Shown here piece by piece: positions 11,705 through 20,442 of a DNA stretch of 61,539 nt; positions within the stretch are counted from its first letter, which is position 1; each line of letters starts with the position of its first letter. The position numbers were made by a program, and so were the translations under genes. The notes below the pieces were generated by a model. It had not been told where the DNA came from and searched no databases. It saw nothing but the letters and a program-made list of their open reading frames with translations. This DNA is from an uncultured Gammaproteobacteria bacterium (lineage in GTDB: Bacteria > Pseudomonadota > Gammaproteobacteria > Tethybacterales > Tethybacteraceae), in the NCBI GenBank assembly GCA_964509765.1, contig CAZDYI010000040.1:1-61539 (forward strand), written 5' to 3'.

Positions 11705-11862
11705 GCAATAACTGTATTGGATCATGCCAGGACCGTGCTCTCGCGCTCGCAGGCTGCGGAGCCAGTGCAACAGATAAAATCCCTCCCGCCATGCATCGTG
11801 GGGGACGGGTGATGCCGTGGCCGAAATCCCTTCAGGCCGCCGGCCGGCTCATCATGACGGAC

Positions 11863-11910
11863 AAAAAAAACCGCCGGACCGGAAAGCGCGAGGCTTCCCT
11901 GTCCGGCGGT
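11863..11910 (-). terminator. Intrinsic terminator of the phasin transcript
   Basis: ACCGCCGGAC...GTCCGGCGGT stem next to an A8 run (U-tract on the minus strand). Confidence 0.85.
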
Positions 11911-11995
11911 CCGAGATATACGGGAGCGCCTAGGCGCTCCCGCAAATCAACTTTTGGCGCATGGGGTTGAGGAGGGAGGATATGCGCCAGGGCGT
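11863..11995 (-). ncRNA. Candidate 3'UTR-derived sRNA with a CU-rich loop
   Basis: Three consecutive hairpins; the first exposes AUCCUCCCUCCUCAACCCC. Confidence 0.5.
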
Positions 11996-12007
11996 GATTA
12001 GCCGATG

Positions 12008-12574
12008 TTAGCCCCTCTTGCCCTTGCCGGCCGGCTTGGCTGCCTTCGCGCCCGCCTCGGACACCGTCTGCGCGACGGTGCTGAAGTTGCTGCGCTGGGC
12101 CGCGACGGTCTTCTCGACGAGGTCGTTGAAGGTCCGGTAGGCCTCGGCCTGGTTGCGGAACATCTCGCGGAAGATGTTCCCGTACGGCTGGGCGTTGCCG
12201 TTGGGGATCGAGTCTGCGATCCGCTCGAACGAGTCCGAGATCAGGTCGTCGGCGACCTTCTTGTTGTTGTCGGACACGTCCGCAAGGTCGGCCGCGGCCT
12301 CGGTGGAGAGCTTGTAGATCTCCTTCGAGAAGCCCTCGATCGCCTTCGCCTCGCTCTTGCTGATCCGCTCCTGGACCTTGGCGAACTCCTCGATGTCGCG
12401 CGCGCCGCGAAGGTCCTTCGCGTAGTCGGCGTGGCGCTCGATGGTCTCCTTTGCCGCCTGGATGTTCTTCTCCAGGAGCTCGGCGGACTTGCTCAGCGCG
12501 AGGTCGAGGACCTGGCTGGCGTTGTTGAAGGTGGCCTTGGTGGCCGCCTCGGTGTCAAACGGGATCTTGTTCAT
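12008..12574 (-). CDS. phaP: Phasin family (PHA granule-associated) protein
   Basis: 188-aa Ala/Lys/Glu-rich amphipathic helical protein with ELLEKNIQAAK pattern, SD GAGGA and upstream PhaR-like boxes. Confidence 0.75.
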   Translation of the reverse strand: MNKIPFDTEAATKATFNNASQVLDLALSKSAELLEKNIQAAKETIERHADYAKDLRGARDIEEFAKVQERISKSEAKAIEGFSKEIYKLSTEAAADLADVSDNNKKVADDLISDSFERIADSIPNGNAQPYGNIFREMFRNQAEAYRTFNDLVEKTVAAQRSNFSTVAQTVSEAGAKAAKPAGKGKRG

Positions 12575-12607
12575 GTGGGTATCCTCTGTGTTGGTGGGAT
12601 ACCCAAT

Positions 12608-12750
12608 ATTATAAATGTTGCACTGCACAAAATCAACCCCCACGGCGATTCCGGCGGGAAAGCGGCATTTGTTGCGTAACTATATGTATTCATTGAATAA
12701 AAAATACCACAGGATTTGCGCCTCTGTCGCATGTTGCGTTGCAACATTTA
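12608..12750 (-). promoter_or_regulatory. sigma70 promoter of phasin with PhaR-like TGC/GCA boxes
   Basis: TTGATT-N17-TATAAT (12636-12608) with TGTTGCACTGCACAA in the spacer; a second box ATGTTGCGTTGCAACAT at ~12731-12747. Confidence 0.7.
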
Positions 12751-14522
12751 TCGCGGCCCCCGTTTTGGCGCCGGGCGCGCAGGCCGCGACCCTCAACGAG
12801 CGGATCAGGCCGCTGCTCGAGCTCGACGACGCGCGCCGCCTGCTTGCGCGCAGGAAGGACCCCGGGCAGCTGGTGGCCCTTGCCGCGGGCTCGCCCTCGC
12901 GCTACGTGCGCCGCGAGGCGCAGGTCTCGCTCGCGGGCCACTACGCGCAGGTCCGCGACTGGCCGGCCTACCGCGAGGTCGCGGACTTCGCGGGGCCGTG
13001 CGCCTCGCTGCTCGAGGCCGTGCACCGGCGGGGGCCGGACGAGATCGCCGAAAGGGTCGGCGCAGCGCTCGCCTCCGACCCGCGGGACGAGACCTGCAAG
13101 GAGGCGCTCAAGGCGGCGTCGGCCGCGGGGTTCCTGCGCGACGACAGGGTGTGGCGCCAGATAAGGGTGCTGGTCGACGGGCGCAAGTCCAGGACCGCGA
13201 GGGCGCTTCTCCCGCTGCTCAAGGACGACCGCGCAAGCTCCGAGCAGCTCAACAAGGCAATCCAGGACGCGACGCGGAGGATCAGGGGCAAGCACGGCCT
13301 GGACACCAGGGCCGAGGAGGAGCTGCTCGCGGTCTCGGCGGTCGTCGCCGCGCGGCGCGACGCGCTGATGGTGGGCAGGCGCTGGGAGCAGTTCGCGCCC
13401 TACATCTCCGACGACATCGAAAGGCAGGTGTGGACGATCGTCGGCAAGCACGCATCCCTCGACCACCACGCGAGGGAGGCGCTCGGCTTCTACCGCAGGG
13501 TGCCCATCGAGGAGCACGGCAGGTTCGAGCTCGCCTGGCGGGCGCGGGCTGCGATCCGCGCGCGGGACTGGAAGGAGGTCCAGCAGTCCACCGCTGCGAT
13601 GACAGGCGAGCAGGCGACGCTGCCGGACTGGCGGTTCTGGAACGCCTACGCGCTCAGCAGGCTCGACTCCAAGGAGGCAGCCTGGGACGCAATGGTCGCG
13701 GTCGCTCAGAACCACGACAGCTTCTACGGCCTCGTCGCGCGCTCGCTGACCGGCAGGGCGCTCCGCACAGGCAGGCACCGGCCCGACCCCGCCGCTGCCG
13801 CAGGCCTCGCCGGCGACGTCGACTTCCGCATGGCGGTCGCGCTCGGGACGTCGGGCAACACGGTAAGGGCGCGGAAGATCTGGAGGTTCCTCAACTCCGG
13901 CATGTCGGGCGGCGAGCTCCTCGCGGCGGCCAAGCTCGCCGAGGACGAGGGCTGGTACCTCGGGTCGATCAACGCCGCAGACCGGGCCGCGGCGGAGGCG
14001 CCGAGCCACGAGCTGCGCTTCCCGGTACCGCACCTCGACACGGTGAGGGGCTACACCGACAGGTTCGGGGTCGACCCCGCCTTCGCCTACGCGATCATGC
14101 GCCAGGAGAGCCGCTTCAACCCCAGGGCGCTTTCGAGCGCAGGCGCTCGGGGCCTGATGCAGGTGATGCCGGCGACGGGAAGGGCCGTGGCCAGGAAGCA
14201 CGGCTACACGCGCTACAACACCTCGAGGCTGTTCCTGCTCGAGACCAACGTGATCATCGGAACGAGGTACATCGCCGACCTCCACGGCAGCGTCGGCCAG
14301 GACCCGATCCTGGTCGCGGCGACCTACAACGCCGGGCCGAAGAACGTCAACAGGTGGCGGCGCTCCTCAAGGGGCGTCGACAAGCTCGCCTTCATCGAGA
14401 CGATCCCCTTCACCGAGACCAGGCTGTACGTCAAGCACGTGATGGCGAACATGGCGCACTACGACCTGCGCTTCGACAGCGCGATCAAGCCGTGGCACGA
14501 GTGGCTCGAGGGCCGCTACTGA
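12684..14522 (+). CDS. slt: Soluble lytic murein transglycosylase (Slt70-like)
   Basis: AIMRQESRF, GARGLMQVMP, ATYNAGP and IETIPFTETRLYVK; signal peptide from ATG 12684 (start uncertain). Confidence 0.93.
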   Translation: MYSLNKKYHRICASVACCVATFIAAPVLAPGAQAATLNERIRPLLELDDARRLLARRKDPGQLVALAAGSPSRYVRREAQVSLAGHYAQVRDWPAYREVADFAGPCASLLEAVHRRGPDEIAERVGAALASDPRDETCKEALKAASAAGFLRDDRVWRQIRVLVDGRKSRTARALLPLLKDDRASSEQLNKAIQDATRRIRGKHGLDTRAEEELLAVSAVVAARRDALMVGRRWEQFAPYISDDIERQVWTIVGKHASLDHHAREALGFYRRVPIEEHGRFELAWRARAAIRARDWKEVQQSTAAMTGEQATLPDWRFWNAYALSRLDSKEAAWDAMVAVAQNHDSFYGLVARSLTGRALRTGRHRPDPAAAAGLAGDVDFRMAVALGTSGNTVRARKIWRFLNSGMSGGELLAAAKLAEDEGWYLGSINAADRAAAEAPSHELRFPVPHLDTVRGYTDRFGVDPAFAYAIMRQESRFNPRALSSAGARGLMQVMPATGRAVARKHGYTRYNTSRLFLLETNVIIGTRYIADLHGSVGQDPILVAATYNAGPKNVNRWRRSSRGVDKLAFIETIPFTETRLYVKHVMANMAHYDLRFDSAIKPWHEWLEGRY

Positions 14523-14813
14523 TCAGTTTCCGGCAAGGCAGGTCTCGAGCCGCTCGAAGAACCCGGTCCCGTCGCGGGTGTCCACCCACCTGTCGCCGTC
14601 GTGCCGGAAGTGGTAGCCGCCGCTCTTCGCCGCGAGCCAGATTTCCTCGACCGGCGGCTGGCGGTTGACCACGATCTTCGCGCCGTCGGCCAGGGTCACC
14701 TCGCAGATGTCGCCGTTGCTCTCGTAATCGACGTCGTCCTCCATCCCGTCGAGTCGCTCCTCGAGCGCTGCGAAGAGCTCCTCGCACAGGTCGGCGTATG
14801 ACTTGTCCGGCAC
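14523..14813 (-). CDS. cyaY: Iron donor protein CyaY (frataxin)
   Basis: KIVVNRQPPVEEIWLAAKSGGYHF; GTG start at 14813. Confidence 0.95.
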   Translation of the reverse strand: MPDKSYADLCEELFAALEERLDGMEDDVDYESNGDICEVTLADGAKIVVNRQPPVEEIWLAAKSGGYHFRHDGDRWVDTRDGTGFFERLETCLAGN

Positions 14814-14833
14814 GGCGGCGATTCTATTTCCCG

Positions 14834-15070
14834 TCAGGATCGGGCCTGATCCCGGCAAGACCCGGAAACCGCATGCGCTGCGAATGCCGAATGCCCCGCG
14901 AAGGGCCGATAGGCGCCGGCGTGACCAAGCATCCTCCGACGAGCCGCTTGACTTCGCTCGTGATGATGCCCGAGAGCCCTCTCGCGAAACCTGCGGAAGG
15001 GCTTGTTCTGGTAAGGATCAATCAGGACGTTGGTGTCGATTCCTATGAGACTCTCCGGCCTGTCAGGCAT
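14834..15070 (-). pseudogene. Truncated/frameshifted PIN toxin (second copy)
   Basis: Starts MPDRPESLIGIDTNVLID, matching the intact copy MPDRPERLIAVDTNLLVD, then loses similarity; an alternative frame carries SGII resembling SKGII of the intact copy. Confidence 0.75.
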
Positions 15071-15374
15071 AAATGTCTTCCTTGGTCAGAACCTTGCCCT
15101 CGAGCTTGGGATTGCCCTTGCGTTTCGGGATGTTCCTGAGCCCCTCGCTGATGGCGGCAGCCTCCGCATCCGTGAGCGGCTCCCTGTGTTCAGTCCAGTT
15201 CAGCTCGGCGAGCCTGCGCCCGTCCTTCGTAATGTAGACGTGGTCGCCAGGCTCGATGCGCCCGACGATGCGCTCCATGCGCTCGGGGGTGAGGTCGGAG
15301 ACCTCGACCTCGTACCTCTCGCGGAGCCTTCTGGGCGGTTCCTTTGCTTCCTGCTTCGGAGGGATGTCCTTCAT
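15063..15374 (-). CDS. Phd/YefM-like antitoxin, copy 2
   Basis: VYITKDGRRLAEL motif; near-identical to 16395-16718; overlaps the toxin start. Confidence 0.8.
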   Translation of the reverse strand: MKDIPPKQEAKEPPRRLRERYEVEVSDLTPERMERIVGRIEPGDHVYITKDGRRLAELNWTEHREPLTDAEAAAISEGLRNIPKRKGNPKLEGKVLTKEDIYA

Positions 15375-15634
15375 GACCCAACATGCTAACACGGCGGACG
15401 CCGTAACAGCGAAGGGCAAGGGAAGGGAACGATTTCTTTTGAAATAAATGACAATTTGCCAAGCAAAGCCGCTTTGCTCATGCCAGGACGGCAGCCCATG
15501 AGACACCGCTAAGCCAAGGACGAACCCGATGCCTGTCCTCGCCGCAGCAGGCGAGTTTCCTACGGATGCTTATGCGCATCCTGTCGCTGCCGCCTCGGTG
15601 CCCCTTCGCATGCAGAGGGAGGTCCGGCGGCCGG

Positions 15635-16402
15635 CTAAGTGTCGCTTTGCTCCTGCCGCTCGGCAGGCTTTTCTTCGATCGTGATGGTCTTGCCGAAACG
15701 CACGGTGAACCCCATCCATGTCAGAATCGAAACTGCCTCGAGCAGATTGCCTTGTTCGGGCATGTTCCTTCTGAGAAACTCGCAGATCGGGAGGTCAGCA
15801 TCTTCAGCAGGGACGTCGTCCCCGGGACCGTCAGCAGCTGCGGGGGCTGCTGGATCTGCGGCGTCGCCTGAAGCGTCCGTCAAGAAATCACCTGCCGGCG
15901 GCTCGGCCGCGGCGATCTCCCTGCAGGAGTCCAGCAGGGCATCGAAGTCGAACCCCTCCTCGTGGGGGTTGATTATTTCCATGCCCTTGTAGCTCCCCAG
16001 CCTGGCGACGGCCTTGTCCCCGGTCAGGAAGTACCTGCAGCCCGCGCGGCAGAAGGTTGCAAGAAGCACGGGGTCCCAGATGCGGGAGATGCGATGCCGC
16101 TGCATCAGGGCGCTTGCCTCCCTCACGTCATCCCGGGTCACCGGGACGATGTCGAAGAGATGCATCAGCCTCTCGAGGAGTTCGTGCGCGCTGTCCTCGT
16201 CCAGGTAGTCCTGCCTGGTAGTGGCGTTGTATAACTCAGTAAGGGACTGAGCGGACAGGATTGTGCCCTTGCGTTCCAAGGAACCGATGATTCCCTTGGA
16301 AATCCGTATCAGGGCGGCGTCCTCCTCTGAGTCTGTGGGCCGCACTGAGTCCACCAGCAGGTTTGTGTCAACGGCGATGAGCCTCTCCGGCCTGTCAGGC
16401 AT
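15635..16402 (-). CDS. PIN-domain (VapC-like) toxin with C-terminal extension
   Basis: VDTNLLV, SAQSLTELY, IWDPVLLAT, FLTGD and IINP PIN motifs, then an acidic linker and an extra ~45-aa segment. Confidence 0.88.
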   Translation of the reverse strand: MPDRPERLIAVDTNLLVDSVRPTDSEEDAALIRISKGIIGSLERKGTILSAQSLTELYNATTRQDYLDEDSAHELLERLMHLFDIVPVTRDDVREASALMQRHRISRIWDPVLLATFCRAGCRYFLTGDKAVARLGSYKGMEIINPHEEGFDFDALLDSCREIAAAEPPAGDFLTDASGDAADPAAPAAADGPGDDVPAEDADLPICEFLRRNMPEQGNLLEAVSILTWMGFTVRFGKTITIEEKPAERQEQSDT

Positions 16403-16718
16403 AGATGTCTTCCCTGGTCAGGACCTTGCCCTTGAGCTTGGGATTGCCCTCGCGGGTCGGGATGTTCCTGATCTCCTCGATGATGGCGGCACGCTCCGCA
16501 TCCGTGAGCGGCTCCTTGTGCTCCGTCCACTGCAGCTCGGCGAGCCTGCGACCGTCCTTGGTTATGTAGACGTGGTCGCCGGGTTCGATGCGCCCGACGA
16601 TGCGCTCCATGCGCTCGGGGGTCATGTCGGAGACCTCGACCTCGTACCTCTCGCGGAGCCTTCTCGGGGGCTCCTCGGCTTCCTGCTTCGGGGGAACGTC
16701 CTGATGGGTGTCCTTCAT
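16395..16718 (-). CDS. Phd/YefM-like antitoxin, copy 1
   Basis: VYITKDGRRLAEL and C-terminal LTREDIYA; overlaps the PIN gene start. Confidence 0.82.
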   Translation of the reverse strand: MKDTHQDVPPKQEAEEPPRRLRERYEVEVSDMTPERMERIVGRIEPGDHVYITKDGRRLAELQWTEHKEPLTDAERAAIIEEIRNIPTREGNPKLKGKVLTREDIYA

Positions 16719-16985
16719 GGTTCAACATGCTAACACGGATTGCGCCTGAACCGCAACTCTTCCGGGGAGCGCAACGCAACTCGATGTCATTAATGCAACA
16801 AAACCAGGCAGAGCCGCGGCGCGCATGCCGGGCAAGCCGCACGATAATGCCGTCCCTGCCGGAGGAAGTGGCTTCCGCCGCAGATTGTGTCCGCGACCGC
16901 ACAGGCGCCCGTGATTCAAGCCAGTCACTGACCGGACGGAAGCGCTGCGACGGAATTCCTGCGGGGCGTGGGAAAATAACCGCCG

Positions 16986-17120
16986 ATGACCCGCTCCCGG
17001 ATTCGCCTGCTGCTGCTTGCCGGGGCGCTCGCGGCCGCCGCGGCCCTGGGCGGCTGCGGACAGACCGGGCCGCTGGTCCTGCCGGACGAGGCTGCGCAGG
17101 AGGGCAACGAGGGTGGTTGA
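16986..17120 (+). CDS. lptM: Small lipoprotein LptM/YifL (LppL)
   Basis: Hand-translated 44 aa MTRSRIRLLLLAGALAAAAALGGCGQTGPLVLPDE...; lipobox plus CGxxGPLxLP; directly before lysA; below the ORF-track cutoff. Confidence 0.88.
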   Translation: MTRSRIRLLLLAGALAAAAALGGCGQTGPLVLPDEAAQEGNEGG

Positions 17121-17130
17121 GGAGGGCCCG

Positions 17131-18366
17131 ATGGAGCGCGCCGTGTCCGAGGGCCGGATCGAGGGCGTGTCCTTCGAGGAGATCGCCGGGAACTACGGAA
17201 CGCCCTGTTACGTGTACTCCGCCGCGGCGATCGACGCCGCGTGCCGCTCGTGCCTCGATGCCGCCGCCACGCTGCCGGAGCCGGCGCGCGTCAGCTACGC
17301 CATGAAGGCCAACGGCAACCACGGGGTGCTCAAGCAGGTCAGGTTCAACAAGCTCGGCTTCGACGTCTCGTCGCGCCTCGAGTTCGAGCGCGCCATCCGG
17401 GTGGGCGCGCCCGCGCACGAGGTGGTCTGCACCGGGCCCGGCAAGACCCGCGAGGAGATCGAGCACTTCGTCGCCAACGCAGCCGGCGAGATCGTCTGCG
17501 AGTCCGAAGGCGAGCTCGAGGTAATCTCTTCCGTCGCGAATAAGGCCGACTCCGAGGTCCGCGTCGGAGTCCGGGTCAACCCCGACATCGACCCGGGCAC
17601 CCACCCCCACGTAGCGACCGGCCACGCCGGCTCGAAGTTCGGCGTGCCGGCCGAGGAGGCGGTGAGTCTGTTCCGCGCGGTCGACGCCGACGGCAGCCTG
17701 GAGGTCGGCTCGCTTCACTGCCACATCGGCTCGCAGGTCGGCGACGCCGCGCCGTACCTCGAGGCTGCGGACAGGCTCGCGGAAGTCCGGGCCGAGCTCG
17801 GCACGGCCGGCATCGTGCCGACCTGCACCGACCTCGGCGGAGGGTACGCCGTCGGGCAGATCGGCGACAGGCCCAAGGCGGACGTCTTCGCCGAGCTGTG
17901 CGTTGCGCTGCGCGAGCGGGCGGACGGGGTCAGGTACGGATTCCAGCCCGGACGGATGATCGTCGCCCGGGCGGGCATCCTGCTCACTCGCGCTCTGTAC
18001 CGAAAGGGCAGGCACCTGGTCGTCGACGCCGGCATGACCGAGCTGATCCGCCCCGCGCTGTACGGAGCCGTGCACGGCGTCGCCCACATAGGCGGCCACC
18101 CGGCGGGGCCGGGCGAGGTCGACGTGGTCGGCCCGGTCTGCGAGAGCGCCGACTTCCTCGCCAAGGGCGTCGACCTCGACGCCTCGCCGGGCGAGCTCGT
18201 TGCGGTGTTCGACGCCGGGGCCTACGCCCGGGCTATGGTCATGGAGTTCAACGGCAGGCTGCGCCCCTGCGAAGTCCTCATCAGGGACGGCGTGGACCTG
18301 CTCGTCGGCGCGCGCCAGTCGGTCAGCGCGGTGATCAGCCGCGAGGCCGACCTCAAGGCCTTCTGA
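17131..18366 (+). CDS. lysA: Diaminopimelate decarboxylase
   Basis: YGTPCYVY, YAMKAN, SKFGV, HCHIGSQ, LIRPALY and GPVCESAD; SD GAGGAGG. Confidence 0.92.
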   Translation: MERAVSEGRIEGVSFEEIAGNYGTPCYVYSAAAIDAACRSCLDAAATLPEPARVSYAMKANGNHGVLKQVRFNKLGFDVSSRLEFERAIRVGAPAHEVVCTGPGKTREEIEHFVANAAGEIVCESEGELEVISSVANKADSEVRVGVRVNPDIDPGTHPHVATGHAGSKFGVPAEEAVSLFRAVDADGSLEVGSLHCHIGSQVGDAAPYLEAADRLAEVRAELGTAGIVPTCTDLGGGYAVGQIGDRPKADVFAELCVALRERADGVRYGFQPGRMIVARAGILLTRALYRKGRHLVVDAGMTELIRPALYGAVHGVAHIGGHPAGPGEVDVVGPVCESADFLAKGVDLDASPGELVAVFDAGAYARAMVMEFNGRLRPCEVLIRDGVDLLVGARQSVSAVISREADLKAF

Positions 18367-18367
18367 C

Positions 18368-18646
<279 letters not shown>

Positions 18647-19159
18647 TCAAAGGTCCAGGGCGAGGTTGTCCGCCTTGAACTTCCTGCGCAGGTGCTCGGC
18701 GATCCGCTCGTTGACGTAGGGGCTCACGTCGCCGCCTAGCATCGCGACCTCGCGCACGACGCGGGAGAACACGTGGATGTGGTCGTTCTCCGGGACCATG
18801 AACAGGGTCTCGACGTCCCGGCCGAGGCGCCGGTTGATGTCGGCAAGCTGGATCTCGAACTCGAAGTCCGACAGCGAGCGCATCCCGCGCAGGACGACCT
18901 TGATGCCGTTGTCGGCGAGGAAGTCCGCGAGCAGGCCCTTGACCGGCATCACCTCGACCCTGCCCTCGCCGCCGAGCGACTCGCGGATCATCCCGATGCG
19001 CTCATCCAGTGTGAACAGCGGCTGCTTGTGCACGCCCTCGGCGACCGCGACGACGACCTCGTCGAAGACCTTCAGCGCGCGGCCGACCATCGACTCGTGC
19101 CCGCGCGTGAGGGGGTCGAACGTCCCCGGGTAGGCGATCCTGCCCGTCCTTCCGCTCAT
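18647..19159 (-). CDS. coaD: Pantetheine-phosphate adenylyltransferase
   Basis: YPGTFDPLTRGH and RGMRSLSDFEFE. Confidence 0.97.
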   Translation of the reverse strand: MSGRTGRIAYPGTFDPLTRGHESMVGRALKVFDEVVVAVAEGVHKQPLFTLDERIGMIRESLGGEGRVEVMPVKGLLADFLADNGIKVVLRGMRSLSDFEFEIQLADINRRLGRDVETLFMVPENDHIHVFSRVVREVAMLGGDVSPYVNERIAEHLRRKFKADNLALDL

Positions 19160-19893
19160 TGCCGCAGCGCCCTGACCCTGTCCGCGGCGGCCGAGTCCGG
19201 ATGGAGCGCGAGTATCTCGTCCTCGATCCTTGCGGCCTCGAAAACGTCCTCGAGGCCTGCGATCTCCGCGAGCATGAGCATCGCGTCCGGCGCCCGGTGG
19301 TCGGAGGGGTGCTCCTCGAGAAAGCGCCCGAGCTCCTTGCGCGCGACGTCCGGAGCGCCCTGCTGGTGGTTGATCCGCCCGATCCAGTACCGCGCCGAGC
19401 CTGCGTACGGCGACAGGTCCCCGTAGGCGACGATGCCGCGCAGGCGCCGCAGCGATCCCTTGACGTCCCCGTCGCTGTTGTAGCCGCGCAGCGCGGCGCT
19501 GTACTCGCGGCCGTCGATCCCCTCGAGTATCGCAAGGAGCAGGCGCGAGTCGCTCTCGGCGCGCTCCTCGTGCTCGCCTATCGTCGCCTCGGCGGCAGCC
19601 ATCACCTCGGTGATTCTCCGCTCGCGCTGCGCGCTCTTGCCCCCGCCGGCCGACAGCTGCCCCTCGATCTCCTGCGCCAGCCGCCGCAGCTGCTCGGTCT
19701 CGGACCGCAGGCGGGCGAGCTGCCCGGCGAGCTGCCCGGCTCGCTCCTCAAGGGCGACCGCCGTATCGGCCAGGGCGATCAGGTCGGTGCGCAGCTCGTT
19801 GTCGTCGAAGAAGTCCTGAGCCGCCGTCCCGGGCGTCAAGGCGGACGCGAAGCAGGCCGCGGCAAGCATGCGGGCGGCGAGCGCGGCCCTCAT
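19156..19893 (-). CDS. CpoB/YbgF-like coiled-coil + TPR protein (paralog 2)
   Basis: Signal peptide, FFDDNELR, coiled coil, ARYWIG and HPSDHRAPDAML; similar to 20443-21219. Confidence 0.8.
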   Translation of the reverse strand: MRAALAARMLAAACFASALTPGTAAQDFFDDNELRTDLIALADTAVALEERAGQLAGQLARLRSETEQLRRLAQEIEGQLSAGGGKSAQRERRITEVMAAAEATIGEHEERAESDSRLLLAILEGIDGREYSAALRGYNSDGDVKGSLRRLRGIVAYGDLSPYAGSARYWIGRINHQQGAPDVARKELGRFLEEHPSDHRAPDAMLMLAEIAGLEDVFEAARIEDEILALHPDSAAADRVRALRQ

Positions 19894-20441
19894 GTCCTGC
19901 GCAGCACCGCCCAGTGCGCCGCGCCCACGCGCCCGGCGCGGACGGGCTCCCACCCGGGCGTCGCCCGGACCGGCCGCGGCGCCTCGCAGCACGCCACCGC
20001 GCCGCTATCCAGCCGTGCCGACAGCGAGCCCATGAAGCCTTCCCACCAGCCGTCCCGGCCGCAGTCCGCGAACGGCGGGTCGACGAATGCGAGCGACCAG
20101 CTCCGGCGCGCGGCGCCGCGCAGCATCCGCGCCGCGTCGGAAACTAGCACCGTCGCCCGCGCGCCCGCGCCGAGCGCGCCGACGTTCTGCCGCAGGGTCT
20201 TCGCCACCCGCCTCGAGCGCTCGACGAAGGTTACGTGCCGCGCCCCGCGCGACAGCGCCTCGAGGCCCAGCGAGCCGGTGCCGGCGAACAGGTCCAGGCA
20301 GTCGGCTCCGCCGACGGCCCCGCCGAGCACGTTGAACAAAGTCTCGCGGTGGGCGTCCTGGCTCGGCCTGATCCCGTCGGGCACCCGCAGCCGGCGCGAG
20401 CGCCAGTCGCCCGAGATTATCCGCAGCCGGCCGGCGCGCAT
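19890..20441 (-). CDS. rsmD: 16S rRNA m2G966 methyltransferase
   Basis: LRIISGDWRSRRL, LDLFAGTGSLGLEALSRGA and FVDPPF. Confidence 0.95.
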   Translation of the reverse strand: MRAGRLRIISGDWRSRRLRVPDGIRPSQDAHRETLFNVLGGAVGGADCLDLFAGTGSLGLEALSRGARHVTFVERSRRVAKTLRQNVGALGAGARATVLVSDAARMLRGAARRSWSLAFVDPPFADCGRDGWWEGFMGSLSARLDSGAVACCEAPRPVRATPGWEPVRAGRVGAAHWAVLRRT

Positions 20442-20442
20442 A

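Noticed and set aside
11722-15489. Shared 12-mer TCATGCCAGGAC upstream of the AAA ATPase (11722) and antitoxin 2 (15478)
   Set aside because: A single 12-bp match is expected by chance in 61 kb, and I did not find it at the other islets.
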